A DNA stretch of 47,298 bases, from positions 1 through 47,298 of the forward strand of contig CAINFN010000266.1 of NCBI GenBank assembly GCA_903848125.1. Direction: 5' to 3'. Position 1 is the stretch's first letter; every line of letters starts with the position of its first letter. The notes beneath the pieces were generated by a model that was given only the letters and a program-made list of their open reading frames with translations, did no database searches and was not told the DNA's origin. A program made the position numbers and the translations under genes. The stretch is from an uncultured Bacteroidota bacterium. GTDB taxonomy: Bacteria; Bacteroidota; Bacteroidia; Chitinophagales; Chitinophagaceae. Shown one piece after another: positions 27,643-37,819 of this stretch.

Positions 27643-30399
27643 ATGCGATTTTTAAAAATACCCGCTTCCTATTGGATGGTAGTTGGTTCGATTATGGGAG
27701 TGGCCATCATTTCTAGTTATTTTGTTAGCAACAAGAAGGTTGATTTTAATACAGAAGTGAAACCCCTTTTAAATAAAAAGTGTATTACCTGCCATGGAGG
27801 CGTTAAAAGGCAAAGTGGATTTAGCTTATTGTTTAGAAATGATGCACTTGCCATCAACAAATCTGGTAAAGTAGCTATTATACCGGGTGACGCAGACAAT
27901 AGTGAAATGATAAAACGCCTTTATTTAAAGGACCCCGAAGAACGCATGCCTTACAAGCATCCTCCTTTGAGTAATGATGAAATTGCTTTGTTAAAAAAAT
28001 GGATCAATCAAGGAGCAGCCTGGGGAAATCATTGGGCATACACTCCAGTGCAAGAAACACCCCTACCCAATATTGAGCAAGGCCCTTTTGGACTTTTTGG
28101 CAAACCAGCATGGATAAAAAATAATGTAGATGCTTTTATTTATGAAAAATTAAAAGAAGAAAAATTAACACCATCAGCCATGGCTGACAAAGCCACTCTG
28201 TTAAGAAGAGTGAGTTTAGATTTAATTGGCATGCCAGCACCTCATGCGATTGCTCAACAATTTTTAGAAAGTACAAGTAGCAATGCCTATGAAAAATTAG
28301 TAGATACTTTATTGACCTTACCTACCTATGGTGAAAAATGGACCAGCATGTGGTTGGATATGGCTAGGTATGCTGATACCAAAGGATTTGAAAAGGATGA
28401 TGGTCGAAATATATGGAGGTATCGTGATTGGTTAATTGACGCTTTCAATACCGATAAACCTTACAATATTTTTTTAACTGAACAATTGGCAGGCGACTTG
28501 TTACCCAATCCTACCGATGCGCAATACATTGCAACTGCATTTCATCGAAATACATTAACCAATGATGAAGGTGGTAGCGACAACGAAGAATTTAGAACCG
28601 CTGCCGTGATTGATAGAGTGAATACGACTTGGGTAAGTTTAATGGGAACCAGTTTTGCATGTGTTCAATGCCATAGTCATCCTTACGATCCATTTAGACA
28701 TGAAGAGTATTATAAATTTTTAGCGTTTTTTAATAACTCTCGTGATGAAGATACCTGGGCAGAGTATCCAGTATTAAAAGAGTTTCACAATACCGATAGT
28801 ACACGATTTACTGCTTTACAAAAATGGTTGCATAGCAATGCACCCAACCAAGAAAAAGAAATTACGCAATTTATAAAAACGGGTCAACCTGCAATCAATT
28901 CTTTGGTAGCTGACGAAATTAAAAATGGCGCCTTAGCAGATACCAAATGGTTGCAATTTAGAAACAATGGATCTGCAAGAATAAAAAACATCGACTTAAC
29001 AGGCTTTACTCAATTATACTATAGATATATTAGCTGGAAGTCGGGTGGGCAATTTCAAATTCATGTAGATTCTGCTAAGGGAGCAATCGTAAAAAATATT
29101 GCTATTGGAGATTCTAAAGGCGCCTGGAAAATTGCTAACATTACCATACCGCAAACAAAAGGGAAACATCATTTTTATATCACTTACCATAATAATAAAA
29201 TAAATAACCCAGACGAAAGTGGTGTTCAATTTGATTGGTTTCATTTTACCAACCCATTTCCTGGAAAAGAGTTAGCAGGTTATCAAACTGCTTTACAAAA
29301 TTTTGATTCCTTATTGTATGCACAACAATATACAGCTACGCCTATCATGATGGAAAATCCTTTTAACTTAGCAAGAACAACCAATGTATTTGAAAGAGGC
29401 AATTGGTTGGTAAAGGGACAAGAAGTGATAGCAGATGTGCCAGCCTCCTTAGGTGGATTGCCACCTGGTGCACCGCGCAATCGACTTGGCATGGCCATGT
29501 GGTTAACAGATAAAAAAAATCCGCTTACCTCTAGAACCATTGTTAATCGTATTTGGGAACAGTTGTTTGGTCAAGGCATTGCCGAAACTTTAGAAGATTT
29601 AGGTACCCAGGGTATTGCACCAACGCATGAAGCTTTGTTAAATTATTTAGCCTATCAATTGATGCATCAACATCAATGGAGTTTGAAAAAAACAATCAAA
29701 GAATTAGTGATGAGTGCTACCTATCAGCAAGATTCCAAATTTAATAAAGAGGCAGTACTCAAAGATCCATTTAATAAATTTTATGCAAGGGGTCCACGTA
29801 TTAGATTATCGGCAGAGCAAATAAGGGATCAAGCATTATGGGTGAGTGGATTATTGAGTGAAAAAATGTATGGCCCTAGTGTAATGCCTTATCAACCCGA
29901 AGGCGTTTGGAAATCGCCTTACAATGGGGCAACTTGGAACCTTAGTAAGGAAGGAAATCAATACAGAAGAGCTTTATATACTTATGTAAAAAGATCGGCA
30001 CCTTATCCCTCCATGATTAGTTTTGATGGCACCAGTAGAGAAGTATGTACAGTAAGAAGAATTAGAACCAACACGCCTTTACAAGCTTTAAACTTATTAA
30101 ACGATTCGGTGTACATTGAAGCTGCTCAACAGCTTGCACGAAGAATTAAAAATATGGTACCAGAAAATGTAAGTAAACAAATAGGCAAGGGCTATGAGTT
30201 GGCTTTCAACCAATCTATTTCTCCGGAAAAACAAAAAGTATTTGAAAAATTATATCGTACTGCTTTTGCAAAATACAGTCAAGACAGCTTACAAATACAA
30301 CAAATCACGGGTGATAAAAAAGCAGGCCCTTCGGGTGCCGCTTTAGTATTGGTTGCTACTGCATTATTAAATACGGATGAGTTTTTGACAAAAAATTAA
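27643..30399 (+). CDS. Planctomycete-type cytochrome c protein, PSCyt1 + DUF1549 + CBM6-like insert + DUF1553, copy 2
   Basis: CITCH (27781-27795) and CVQCHSHPYDP (from 28660); WLDMARYAD, WRYRDWLI; CBM6-like beta-sandwich at ~28900-29247; NPLTSRTIVNRIW, TNTPLQALNLLN. Confidence 0.9.
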   Translation: MRFLKIPASYWMVVGSIMGVAIISSYFVSNKKVDFNTEVKPLLNKKCITCHGGVKRQSGFSLLFRNDALAINKSGKVAIIPGDADNSEMIKRLYLKDPEERMPYKHPPLSNDEIALLKKWINQGAAWGNHWAYTPVQETPLPNIEQGPFGLFGKPAWIKNNVDAFIYEKLKEEKLTPSAMADKATLLRRVSLDLIGMPAPHAIAQQFLESTSSNAYEKLVDTLLTLPTYGEKWTSMWLDMARYADTKGFEKDDGRNIWRYRDWLIDAFNTDKPYNIFLTEQLAGDLLPNPTDAQYIATAFHRNTLTNDEGGSDNEEFRTAAVIDRVNTTWVSLMGTSFACVQCHSHPYDPFRHEEYYKFLAFFNNSRDEDTWAEYPVLKEFHNTDSTRFTALQKWLHSNAPNQEKEITQFIKTGQPAINSLVADEIKNGALADTKWLQFRNNGSARIKNIDLTGFTQLYYRYISWKSGGQFQIHVDSAKGAIVKNIAIGDSKGAWKIANITIPQTKGKHHFYITYHNNKINNPDESGVQFDWFHFTNPFPGKELAGYQTALQNFDSLLYAQQYTATPIMMENPFNLARTTNVFERGNWLVKGQEVIADVPASLGGLPPGAPRNRLGMAMWLTDKKNPLTSRTIVNRIWEQLFGQGIAETLEDLGTQGIAPTHEALLNYLAYQLMHQHQWSLKKTIKELVMSATYQQDSKFNKEAVLKDPFNKFYARGPRIRLSAEQIRDQALWVSGLLSEKMYGPSVMPYQPEGVWKSPYNGATWNLSKEGNQYRRALYTYVKRSAPYPSMISFDGTSREVCTVRRIRTNTPLQALNLLNDSVYIEAAQQLARRIKNMVPENVSKQIGKGYELAFNQSISPEKQKVFEKLYRTAFAKYSQDSLQIQQITGDKKAGPSGAALVLVATALLNTDEFLTKN

Positions 30400-30404
30400 T
30401 AGAT

Positions 30405-31904
30405 ATGAGTAAAGACAATAAAAAAATTATAAAGGAAGCAACCATTGCGACTACAGAACAGATAACAAGAAAATATTTTTTTAAAGAATGTTTTTCTGGA
30501 ATGGGTGCCATGGCCTTGGGCTCTATGTTACAAGGTTGTGATTGGTTAGGCAATAAGGATAGCTTTAATAATTTTACCAACACCAATCCCTTAATGGCGC
30601 GCGCACCTCATTTTATTGGTAAAGCAAAATCAGTTATTTACTTGCACATGGCGGGCGCACCTTCTCAATTAGAATTATTTGATTTCAAACCCGACTTACT
30701 AAAATTGGATGGACAGGATTGTCCTCAAAGTTTATTAGAAGGAAAAAAATTCGCATTTATTCGTGGCGTTCCAAAAATGTTAGGACCACAAGCAGTTTTT
30801 AAACAAAGAGGACAAAGTGGTGCATGGATCTCTGATAATCTTCCACATTTAGCTACGGTAGCTGATGAAATAAGTTTTTTAAAAGCGGTACAAACCGATC
30901 AATTCAATCATGGCCCTGCGCAATTATTAATGCATACCGGATCACCACGTTTAGGCCGTCCTAGTATTGGTTCTTGGGTCACTTATGGTTTAGGAAGTGA
31001 AAACAGCAATCTACCTGGATTTATGGTACTTACCTCTGGAGGGAATAATCCAGATGCTGGGAAAAGCGTTTGGGGCAGTGGATTTTTACCATCCGTATAT
31101 CAAGGGGTGCAATGTCGCAACGAGGGAGACCCTGTTTTATTTTTAAAAGACCCTGCGGGGATTGATCGTGATTTAAGAAAAGCTTCCATTGATGCTATTA
31201 ACGAAGCCAATCAATTGACCTACAATGAATTTCAAGATCCTGAGATTGTGGCAAGAATGGCGCAATATGAAATGGCCTTTAAGATGCAAATATCTGTACC
31301 CGATGTGATGAATATAAATGATGAACCCGCCTATATTCATGAAATGTATGGAACAGAACCCGGCAAAGCAAGTTTTGCAAACAATGTTTTATTGGCACGT
31401 AAGTTGGTTGAAAAGGGGGTGCGATTTGTGCAATTATTTGATTGGGGTTGGGATAGTCATGGAACAGATGGAACTACAGCCGTTGATATTGGATTGGTAA
31501 ATAAATGTAGAAATATAGATAAACCTATTACCGCATTATTATTAGATTTAAAACAAAGAGGTTTATTGGATGAGACCTTAGTAGTATGGGGTGGGGAATT
31601 TGGTCGTACACCGATGCAGGAAAATAGAGATGGAAAAACAATGCCATTTAAAGGTCGCGATCATCATACAGAAGCATTTACTACTTGGATGGCTGGAGGT
31701 GGTATTAAACAAGGAAGTAGTTTTGGGGAGACAGATGAAATTGGATACAGTGCCATTAGCGGAAAAGTTACTGCACATGATATGCAAGCCACTATATTAA
31801 ATCAACTGGGATTTGACCATGAAAAATTAACTTACACTTCTCAAGGAAGACAATTTAGATTAACTGACGTACATGGTCGAGTAATTAATGAGATCATAGC
31901 TTAA
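30405..31904 (+). CDS. DUF1501 family protein, copy 2
   Basis: TRKYFFKE degenerate Tat-like signal; KAKSVIYLHMAGAPSQLELFD, RPSIGSW, GWDSH, WGGEFGRTP, GRDHH, RLTDV. Confidence 0.92.
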   Translation: MSKDNKKIIKEATIATTEQITRKYFFKECFSGMGAMALGSMLQGCDWLGNKDSFNNFTNTNPLMARAPHFIGKAKSVIYLHMAGAPSQLELFDFKPDLLKLDGQDCPQSLLEGKKFAFIRGVPKMLGPQAVFKQRGQSGAWISDNLPHLATVADEISFLKAVQTDQFNHGPAQLLMHTGSPRLGRPSIGSWVTYGLGSENSNLPGFMVLTSGGNNPDAGKSVWGSGFLPSVYQGVQCRNEGDPVLFLKDPAGIDRDLRKASIDAINEANQLTYNEFQDPEIVARMAQYEMAFKMQISVPDVMNINDEPAYIHEMYGTEPGKASFANNVLLARKLVEKGVRFVQLFDWGWDSHGTDGTTAVDIGLVNKCRNIDKPITALLLDLKQRGLLDETLVVWGGEFGRTPMQENRDGKTMPFKGRDHHTEAFTTWMAGGGIKQGSSFGETDEIGYSAISGKVTAHDMQATILNQLGFDHEKLTYTSQGRQFRLTDVHGRVINEIIA

Positions 31905-31918
31905 ATAAATAATACCTA

Positions 31919-32848
31919 GTGAAAATTGATCGACGTAAATTTTTAAGCAAGACCACAGGCATCGCCTCACTAAGCTTAGCCTCTTTTACCCAACTAAATG
32001 CAAATACAACTATGCAACCCAACCATTTTAAACCAATTATACTTGCCACTAATTGGGGCTACGAAGGCAGCTTAGATTCTTTTTGCAATAAAGTAAAACT
32101 AGCAGGATACGATGGCATAGAAATGTGGTGGCCTATGGACCAAAAAGAACAACAGCTTTTATTTGATACTTTAAAAAAATATGATTTAGCCATCGGTTTT
32201 TTATGTGGCGTTGGGAACGAAGAGGCCACGAAACATAGTGCAGCATTTAAAAACATGGTCAATAGTTTACTTGACAACACCCAACAAAAGCCTTTGTATA
32301 TTAATTGTCATTCTGGTAAAGATTATTTTTCGTTTGATGCTAATAATGAAATTATTGAGTTTACCATAGCGCAATCAAAAAAATCGGGTATTCCTATTTG
32401 TCATGAAACCCATCGATCTAGAATGTTGTACTCTGCGCCTATTACCAAACAGTTTATGGAAAAAAATGAAGCGCTAAGGATTACACTAGATATTTCTCAT
32501 TGGTGCAATGTGCATGAATCTTTATTACACGATCAAGAAAATACAGTTCAAATGGCCTTGTCAAGAACCGATCATATTCATGCGCGTATTGGACATGCAG
32601 AAGGTCCACAGGTAAATGATCCTCGTGCCCCAGAATGGGCAACGACTGTTCAGCGACATCTTGAATGGTGGGATGCTATTGTACAAATGAAAATTAAAAA
32701 CGGTGCAACTACCATGACTTTCTTAACAGAATTTGGACCGCCTAATTATATGCCTACCATGCCGTATTCGCAACAACCTATTTCCAATCAATGGGATATC
32801 AACGTATACATGATGGAGTTAATTAGAAAAAGATACCAAGTAAATTAA
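31919..32848 (+). CDS. Tat-exported sugar-phosphate isomerase/epimerase-like TIM barrel
   Basis: DRRKFL signal; GYDGIE, NCHSG, HETHR, LDISHW, HIHARIG and TEFGP metal-site-like motifs. Confidence 0.8.
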   Translation: MKIDRRKFLSKTTGIASLSLASFTQLNANTTMQPNHFKPIILATNWGYEGSLDSFCNKVKLAGYDGIEMWWPMDQKEQQLLFDTLKKYDLAIGFLCGVGNEEATKHSAAFKNMVNSLLDNTQQKPLYINCHSGKDYFSFDANNEIIEFTIAQSKKSGIPICHETHRSRMLYSAPITKQFMEKNEALRITLDISHWCNVHESLLHDQENTVQMALSRTDHIHARIGHAEGPQVNDPRAPEWATTVQRHLEWWDAIVQMKIKNGATTMTFLTEFGPPNYMPTMPYSQQPISNQWDINVYMMELIRKRYQVN

Positions 32849-32875
32849 TTCCATAAATCTGAAAATTTAAATTCA

Positions 32876-34273
32876 TTGGATCCTATCGTTAATATATTTG
32901 GACACTTTCATCCCTTATTGGTGCATTTACCAATTGGAATATTATTATTTGCCATTTTACTACATGGGCTTTCGTACAAAAAACGGTTTTCAAATTTTGA
33001 AATAATTTTACCCTTTACTTATTTAATAGGTGCCATCGCTGCCCTACTATCTTGTTTAAGTGGGCTAGCCTTATCTACCAATGGAGAATATGATGAACAA
33101 ATTTTATTTTACCATCAATGGTTGGGCATTACGGTAGCTATTGTTTCAATTGTAGGGGCCTATTTTACCAAAAAGCAAAAAACAACTATATCAAAATGGG
33201 TCTCCATCGCTTTGTTGGTATTGCTTTTTATTACAGGACATTATGGAGGTACTTTAACCCATGGCGAGGGCTTTTTAACAAAAGATGCAACTGCGCAAAT
33301 CAAAGTGGCCACTAAACCAGTCATTACCAATACGCAAGAGGCTTTCTTATATGCCGATATTATCCAACCTATTTTAGAAGAAAAATGTTATGGTTGTCAT
33401 TCTAAAATCAAACAAAAAGGAAAATTAAGATTAGATACAAAAGAATGGATTTTGAAAGGAGGGGAGGATGGCATCATCATTCATAATGGAACGGCACTGA
33501 ATAGCCCAATGTATAAAAGGATTATATTAGATCCAGTGGATGAAAAGCACATGCCTCCAAAGGGTAAACCTCAAATAACAGATCAAGAAAGAATTTTACT
33601 TGAATGGTGGATTAACTCAGGTGACCATTTTGATAAAAAAGTAAAAGAACTTGTACAACCAGCCAATATAGCTCCTGTCTTAATTGTCTTAGAAAAGAAT
33701 ACGATTAAGCCAATAGTAAATGAGGAAGTGCCTTTAAATGAAATTAAACCGGCCAATCAAAATAGCATCAACCAATTAACTAAAATAGGGGTCACTATTT
33801 TAAAGGTAGCCAACAACTCTAACTACTTAACTGCTAATTTTATTACAGTTATAAAGAGCAACGATACCATTGCTAATTTAATTAAAACAGTAAGCGCCAA
33901 TATGGTTTGGTTAAAAATGCCCCGTATGAATTTTTCAAACGCCGTGGTAGCTGCTATTGCTTCTTGTGATTCCTTAACCAAGCTAAATATTGAACACGCT
34001 AATATAACCGACGATCAATTAAATCAATTACAAAATTTAAAAAGGGTTCACTATTTAAATTTAGTGGGGACAAGAATTACTTTAAAGGGTTTGTTGCCAT
34101 TAAAAAATTTAAACCAACTCAGTGAATTATACCTTGGAGAAACACTTATTAGCAATAAAGATTCTTTACTAATTCAAAAAACATTTCCAAAAGCAAAAAT
34201 TATATTTGGTAATTACCGTACACAAAATTTACCATCAGATACGGTGGTATTAAAGGCACCCATAAAAAAATAG
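32876..34273 (+). CDS. Membrane DUF2231-like + planctomycete cytochrome c + LRR protein, copy 2
   Basis: GHFHPLLVHLPIG, YHQWLG, TGHYGGTLTHG; CYGCH (33386-33400), HMPPKGK; LRRs (LTKLNIEHANITD, YLNLVGTRIT, LSELYLGET). Confidence 0.85.
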   Translation: MDPIVNIFGHFHPLLVHLPIGILLFAILLHGLSYKKRFSNFEIILPFTYLIGAIAALLSCLSGLALSTNGEYDEQILFYHQWLGITVAIVSIVGAYFTKKQKTTISKWVSIALLVLLFITGHYGGTLTHGEGFLTKDATAQIKVATKPVITNTQEAFLYADIIQPILEEKCYGCHSKIKQKGKLRLDTKEWILKGGEDGIIIHNGTALNSPMYKRIILDPVDEKHMPPKGKPQITDQERILLEWWINSGDHFDKKVKELVQPANIAPVLIVLEKNTIKPIVNEEVPLNEIKPANQNSINQLTKIGVTILKVANNSNYLTANFITVIKSNDTIANLIKTVSANMVWLKMPRMNFSNAVVAAIASCDSLTKLNIEHANITDDQLNQLQNLKRVHYLNLVGTRITLKGLLPLKNLNQLSELYLGETLISNKDSLLIQKTFPKAKIIFGNYRTQNLPSDTVVLKAPIKK

Positions 34274-34279
34274 TGAACT

Positions 34280-35227
34280 ATGAAAAACTTAAGTAAAGCT
34301 ATAGGCTATATTGCTATAAGCTTTGTAGTACTTCTGCTCGTTGGTTTAACCGTATTTGGACAAAAAGACATCCCGGTTGAAAAGCTAAAAGTAAAATATG
34401 CTACTGGCGCCTCTACTTTTATGCCACTGATGGGCATGCAAGTACACTATCGCTCCGAAGGAAATAAGGACGATACCCTACCACTTATTTTAATTCATGG
34501 AACTTCCTCTTCTCTTCATACCTGGGATTCCTTGGTAAATTTATTAGTTAATAGCACCCACAAAAGAATCATCCGTTTAGATTTACCTGCCTTTGGGTTA
34601 ACTGGTCCCAATCCTGAAAATAAATACACTGCTGCTTATTATTCACTTTTTTTAGATTCCTTTTTAAATCAACTTCATATCAATAGGTGCATTTTAGCAG
34701 GTAATTCTTTAGGAGGGGCTATTGCATGGCAGTATACGGTGGCACATCCCAATAAAGTGAGTCAACTGATTTTAATTGACGCAGCTGGATATCCTATAAA
34801 AAATGAAAAAGGAAGTTTAGGATTTAAAATTGCTAGCATGCCTATCATTAATAACTTATTATTAGTTATCACACCAAAGTCATTGGTTAGAAAAAGTTTA
34901 GAAACTGTTTTTTACAATCATGATTTAATAACCGAGGCCATCGTGACAAGGTATCATGAAATGTTGTTGAGTGAGGGAAATAGAAGAGCTGCTTTGTCTT
35001 TGTTTCAAAATAGAGTTTCACCCGATGCCAATCTAATTAAGACCATTACTGCCCCTACTTTAATTGTATGGGGAGATCAGGATCAATTAATTTCGGTGGA
35101 AGATGCCTATTTATTTCAAAAGGACTTAAAAAATAATTCAGTAGTGATTCTAAAAAATGTAGGTCATATTCCAATGGAAGAAGCGCCCAATTCGGTGGCA
35201 AAAGCAATCACCGATTTTCTAAAATAA
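34280..35227 (+). CDS. Alpha/beta-fold hydrolase with N-terminal anchor
   Basis: LIHG, DLPAFG, GNSLGG nucleophile elbow, WGDQD, GHIPMEE. Confidence 0.92.
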   Translation: MKNLSKAIGYIAISFVVLLLVGLTVFGQKDIPVEKLKVKYATGASTFMPLMGMQVHYRSEGNKDDTLPLILIHGTSSSLHTWDSLVNLLVNSTHKRIIRLDLPAFGLTGPNPENKYTAAYYSLFLDSFLNQLHINRCILAGNSLGGAIAWQYTVAHPNKVSQLILIDAAGYPIKNEKGSLGFKIASMPIINNLLLVITPKSLVRKSLETVFYNHDLITEAIVTRYHEMLLSEGNRRAALSLFQNRVSPDANLIKTITAPTLIVWGDQDQLISVEDAYLFQKDLKNNSVVILKNVGHIPMEEAPNSVAKAITDFLK

Positions 35228-35245
35228 CTGGTTCAAATAGTTTCA

Positions 35246-35288
35246 ATAAAAAAGGGGCTTCCAATTTAAACTGGACGCCCCTTTTTAT
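35246..35288. terminator. Bidirectional intrinsic terminator
   Basis: aaaaaggggcttcca...tggacgcccctttt hairpin between convergent genes. Confidence 0.82.
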
Positions 35289-35305
35289 ATTAAGTATTAT
35301 TATAA

Positions 35306-36514
35306 TTATGCGGGTTGTTTCTTTTTACCTATAAAATACAAAGCAACAAAAGCAACAATTAAAATCGCTGGAAAAAGTAACATATTAGATAAAGTAGATT
35401 GACCAGCAGCTAAATCTGCCGCATCGCCAGTGAGTCCACTTGCCTCTGCTACTACTTTGTTTTGCTTGATCCATCCTCCAATGACAGGTTGGAACATAGA
35501 AGAAGAAAACATACCAATGCCTCCCAAAATAGAAAGTCCAAGCGCCCCAGTCTGAGGTAAATTCTCGGCAATATAACCAAGCATATTAGGCCAGAAATAA
35601 CAAATACCCAATGCATAAAATACTGCTGCAACATACAACATAGATCCATTCATGGTACTCATCATGTAAATACCAATTACACCAAATACAGCTGAACCAA
35701 GCAATACCCCTACTGTATTCAATTGCTTAATCAATGGTCCTGCAAAATATCTACCTACCGCCATTAATCCAGTGACCAAGGCTAATATTAACATGGGACT
35801 AGCACCAGCTTTTGCTAAAATAGGTCCTACCCATTGTTGTGGGCCAAATTCAGATATAGCTGTTAAAGCCATACAAGCTGCCATGAATAAATACAAAGGA
35901 TTCAACATCGCTTTAAAATTGGCCACCACTGAATTTTCTGCGGTTCTTGGTTTAGGAAAACTTTGTCCAAAAAATAAAACTGCATAAATAATCGTTGGGA
36001 TTAAAATAACCCAAATCTGTGCTTGCCAATGCATATTTGCATCAGTCATGAATTTTGAAACTAAAGCGCCCAATACAATTCCACCTGGGAACCACATATG
36101 AAAACGATTTAATTTACTGTTCATTTGTATGCCTGAATAAGAGTCTGCAATCATAGGATTACAAGCTGCTTCGGTACATCCATTTCCTAATCCAATTAAT
36201 AAAGTAGAAATTAATAAAGTGTTATAACCTGTAGCATATATCGTTAAAAAAATACCGATAGCATGTGCTAATAAAGCCACTTGCATGATAAATTTAGGCC
36301 CAATGGAAGAATAAAAAATTCCGCCTAAAATCATTGAAATCGGAAATCCAAGAAACCACATAGAATTAATGGTACCAAGTTGTACCGTGTCTAAATGCAT
36401 TTCAGTTCCTAGCTGTGTCAAAATACCAGCACGGATACTAAATGAAAAAGCAGTCGTGATAAGTGCAAAGCAACTTGCATAAAACAGTCTATTTGCATTA
36501 ATGGGTTGGCTCAT
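35306..36514 (-). CDS. MFS transporter (sugar permease-like)
   Basis: About 12 hydrophobic segments; GLGNGCTEAACNP, NRFHMWFPGG, CYFWPNM; likely start MSQPIN at 36514. Confidence 0.88.
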   Translation of the reverse strand: MSQPINANRLFYASCFALITTAFSFSIRAGILTQLGTEMHLDTVQLGTINSMWFLGFPISMILGGIFYSSIGPKFIMQVALLAHAIGIFLTIYATGYNTLLISTLLIGLGNGCTEAACNPMIADSYSGIQMNSKLNRFHMWFPGGIVLGALVSKFMTDANMHWQAQIWVILIPTIIYAVLFFGQSFPKPRTAENSVVANFKAMLNPLYLFMAACMALTAISEFGPQQWVGPILAKAGASPMLILALVTGLMAVGRYFAGPLIKQLNTVGVLLGSAVFGVIGIYMMSTMNGSMLYVAAVFYALGICYFWPNMLGYIAENLPQTGALGLSILGGIGMFSSSMFQPVIGGWIKQNKVVAEASGLTGDAADLAAGQSTLSNMLLFPAILIVAFVALYFIGKKKQPA

Positions 36515-36637
36515 AAGTAAAATATTTAAATGGTTTGGTTTAAGCACTCTAAATCTAAATAATCTTTGGTTTTTTTCCAAAATATACAACTACTATTTTT
36601 ATAATATATAGCTGGATAAAGACCAGCATACAATCAT

Positions 36638-37819
36638 TTATAAACTTTTCAATGCCTCTTCTAAATCTTGTAATAGATCATCTACATTTTCAATGCCTAC
36701 TGAATAACGTATTAGACTTTCTGGAATACCCAATAATTTACGTTGCGCTTCGGTTAATTCAACATGACTAGTGGTTCTTGGTGGTCCAGCTAAAGTACTA
36801 ACCGATCCTAAGCTTGCAGCCAAATGAACTAACTTAAGTGTGGTTAATAATTTTTTTACATGATCATAGCCACCATCTAATGCAAAACTCATAATACCTC
36901 CAAAGCCAGTCATTTGTTGTTGAGCAATTTCGTGTCCTGGATGGGTTGTAAGTCCCGGATAAAATACATCAGCCACTTTTGAATGTGCTTTTAAATATTG
37001 AGCAATTTTTAAAGCAGAGGCATTTTATCTTTCTATTCTTAATTCTAGCGTTTTCATCCCTCTTGCAATCATATAAGCTGGATCAGCTTGTAAACTAGCT
37101 CCATTAATTTCTCGGTATTGATAGATTTTTTGCACCAATTCTTTTTTACCAGCCACCACTCCACCCATGGCATCTGAATGTCCACATAAAAATTTAGTAG
37201 CACTATGTATGACCAAGTCTGCTCCTAATGCTAATGGATTTTGATTGATGGGCGTAGCAAATGTATTGTCCACCACCACTATCGCACCTACTTTTTTTGC
37301 AGCTGTTGCAAGCCTTTTTATATCCACTACTTTTAAAGTTGGATTAGTGGGGGTTTCTAAATAAACTAAATCACATCCTTTTGCAATTTCTATTTCAAAT
37401 TGATCAAAATCAGTAGTATCGCATAATTGTACTTGCACCTTATTTAAAGGAAGAAAATCTAAAAATATTTTACTGGTTCCTCCATAATTATCTTTTTGAG
37501 AAACAACTCTTTTACCATTCGTTAAAAATGTATACAATGTATTACTTATTGCAGCCATTCCAGTGGCAAATGAAGTAGCGGCTTCTGCCCCTTCAAGTAA
37601 ACGAATTTTTTCTTCTAAAACGGCTACCGTTGGATTCGTGTTTCTGCTGTATATGAAGCCATCCGCTTTTCCCAAGGATACCTCATGCCAATGATCCACA
37701 TCATGATAGGAAAAAGCAACACTATTAACAATGGGAGAAGTTACTGCACCTGTTACATTTAAATCACTTTCACCACCCCATACCGACGTGGTACTTTTTT
37801 TATACTTTGAGAAATTCAT
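36638..37819 (-). pseudogene. Cys/Met-metabolism PLP enzyme (cystathionine gamma-synthase/lyase family) interrupted by one in-frame TAA
   Basis: YSRNTNPT, FATGMAAI, ETPTNP, DNTFATP, HSATKF. The frame continues through TAA 37025-37027 (..LRIER*NASALKIAQYL..VFYPGL..ASLGSV..IRYSVGIE) to give a full 393-codon protein. Confidence 0.88.

Noticed and set aside
34400-34417. TGAS (alpha/beta hydrolase) and TGAT (GGT) as ApbE flavinylation sites
   Set aside because: Both lack the upstream Asp and lie in non-redox hydrolases.
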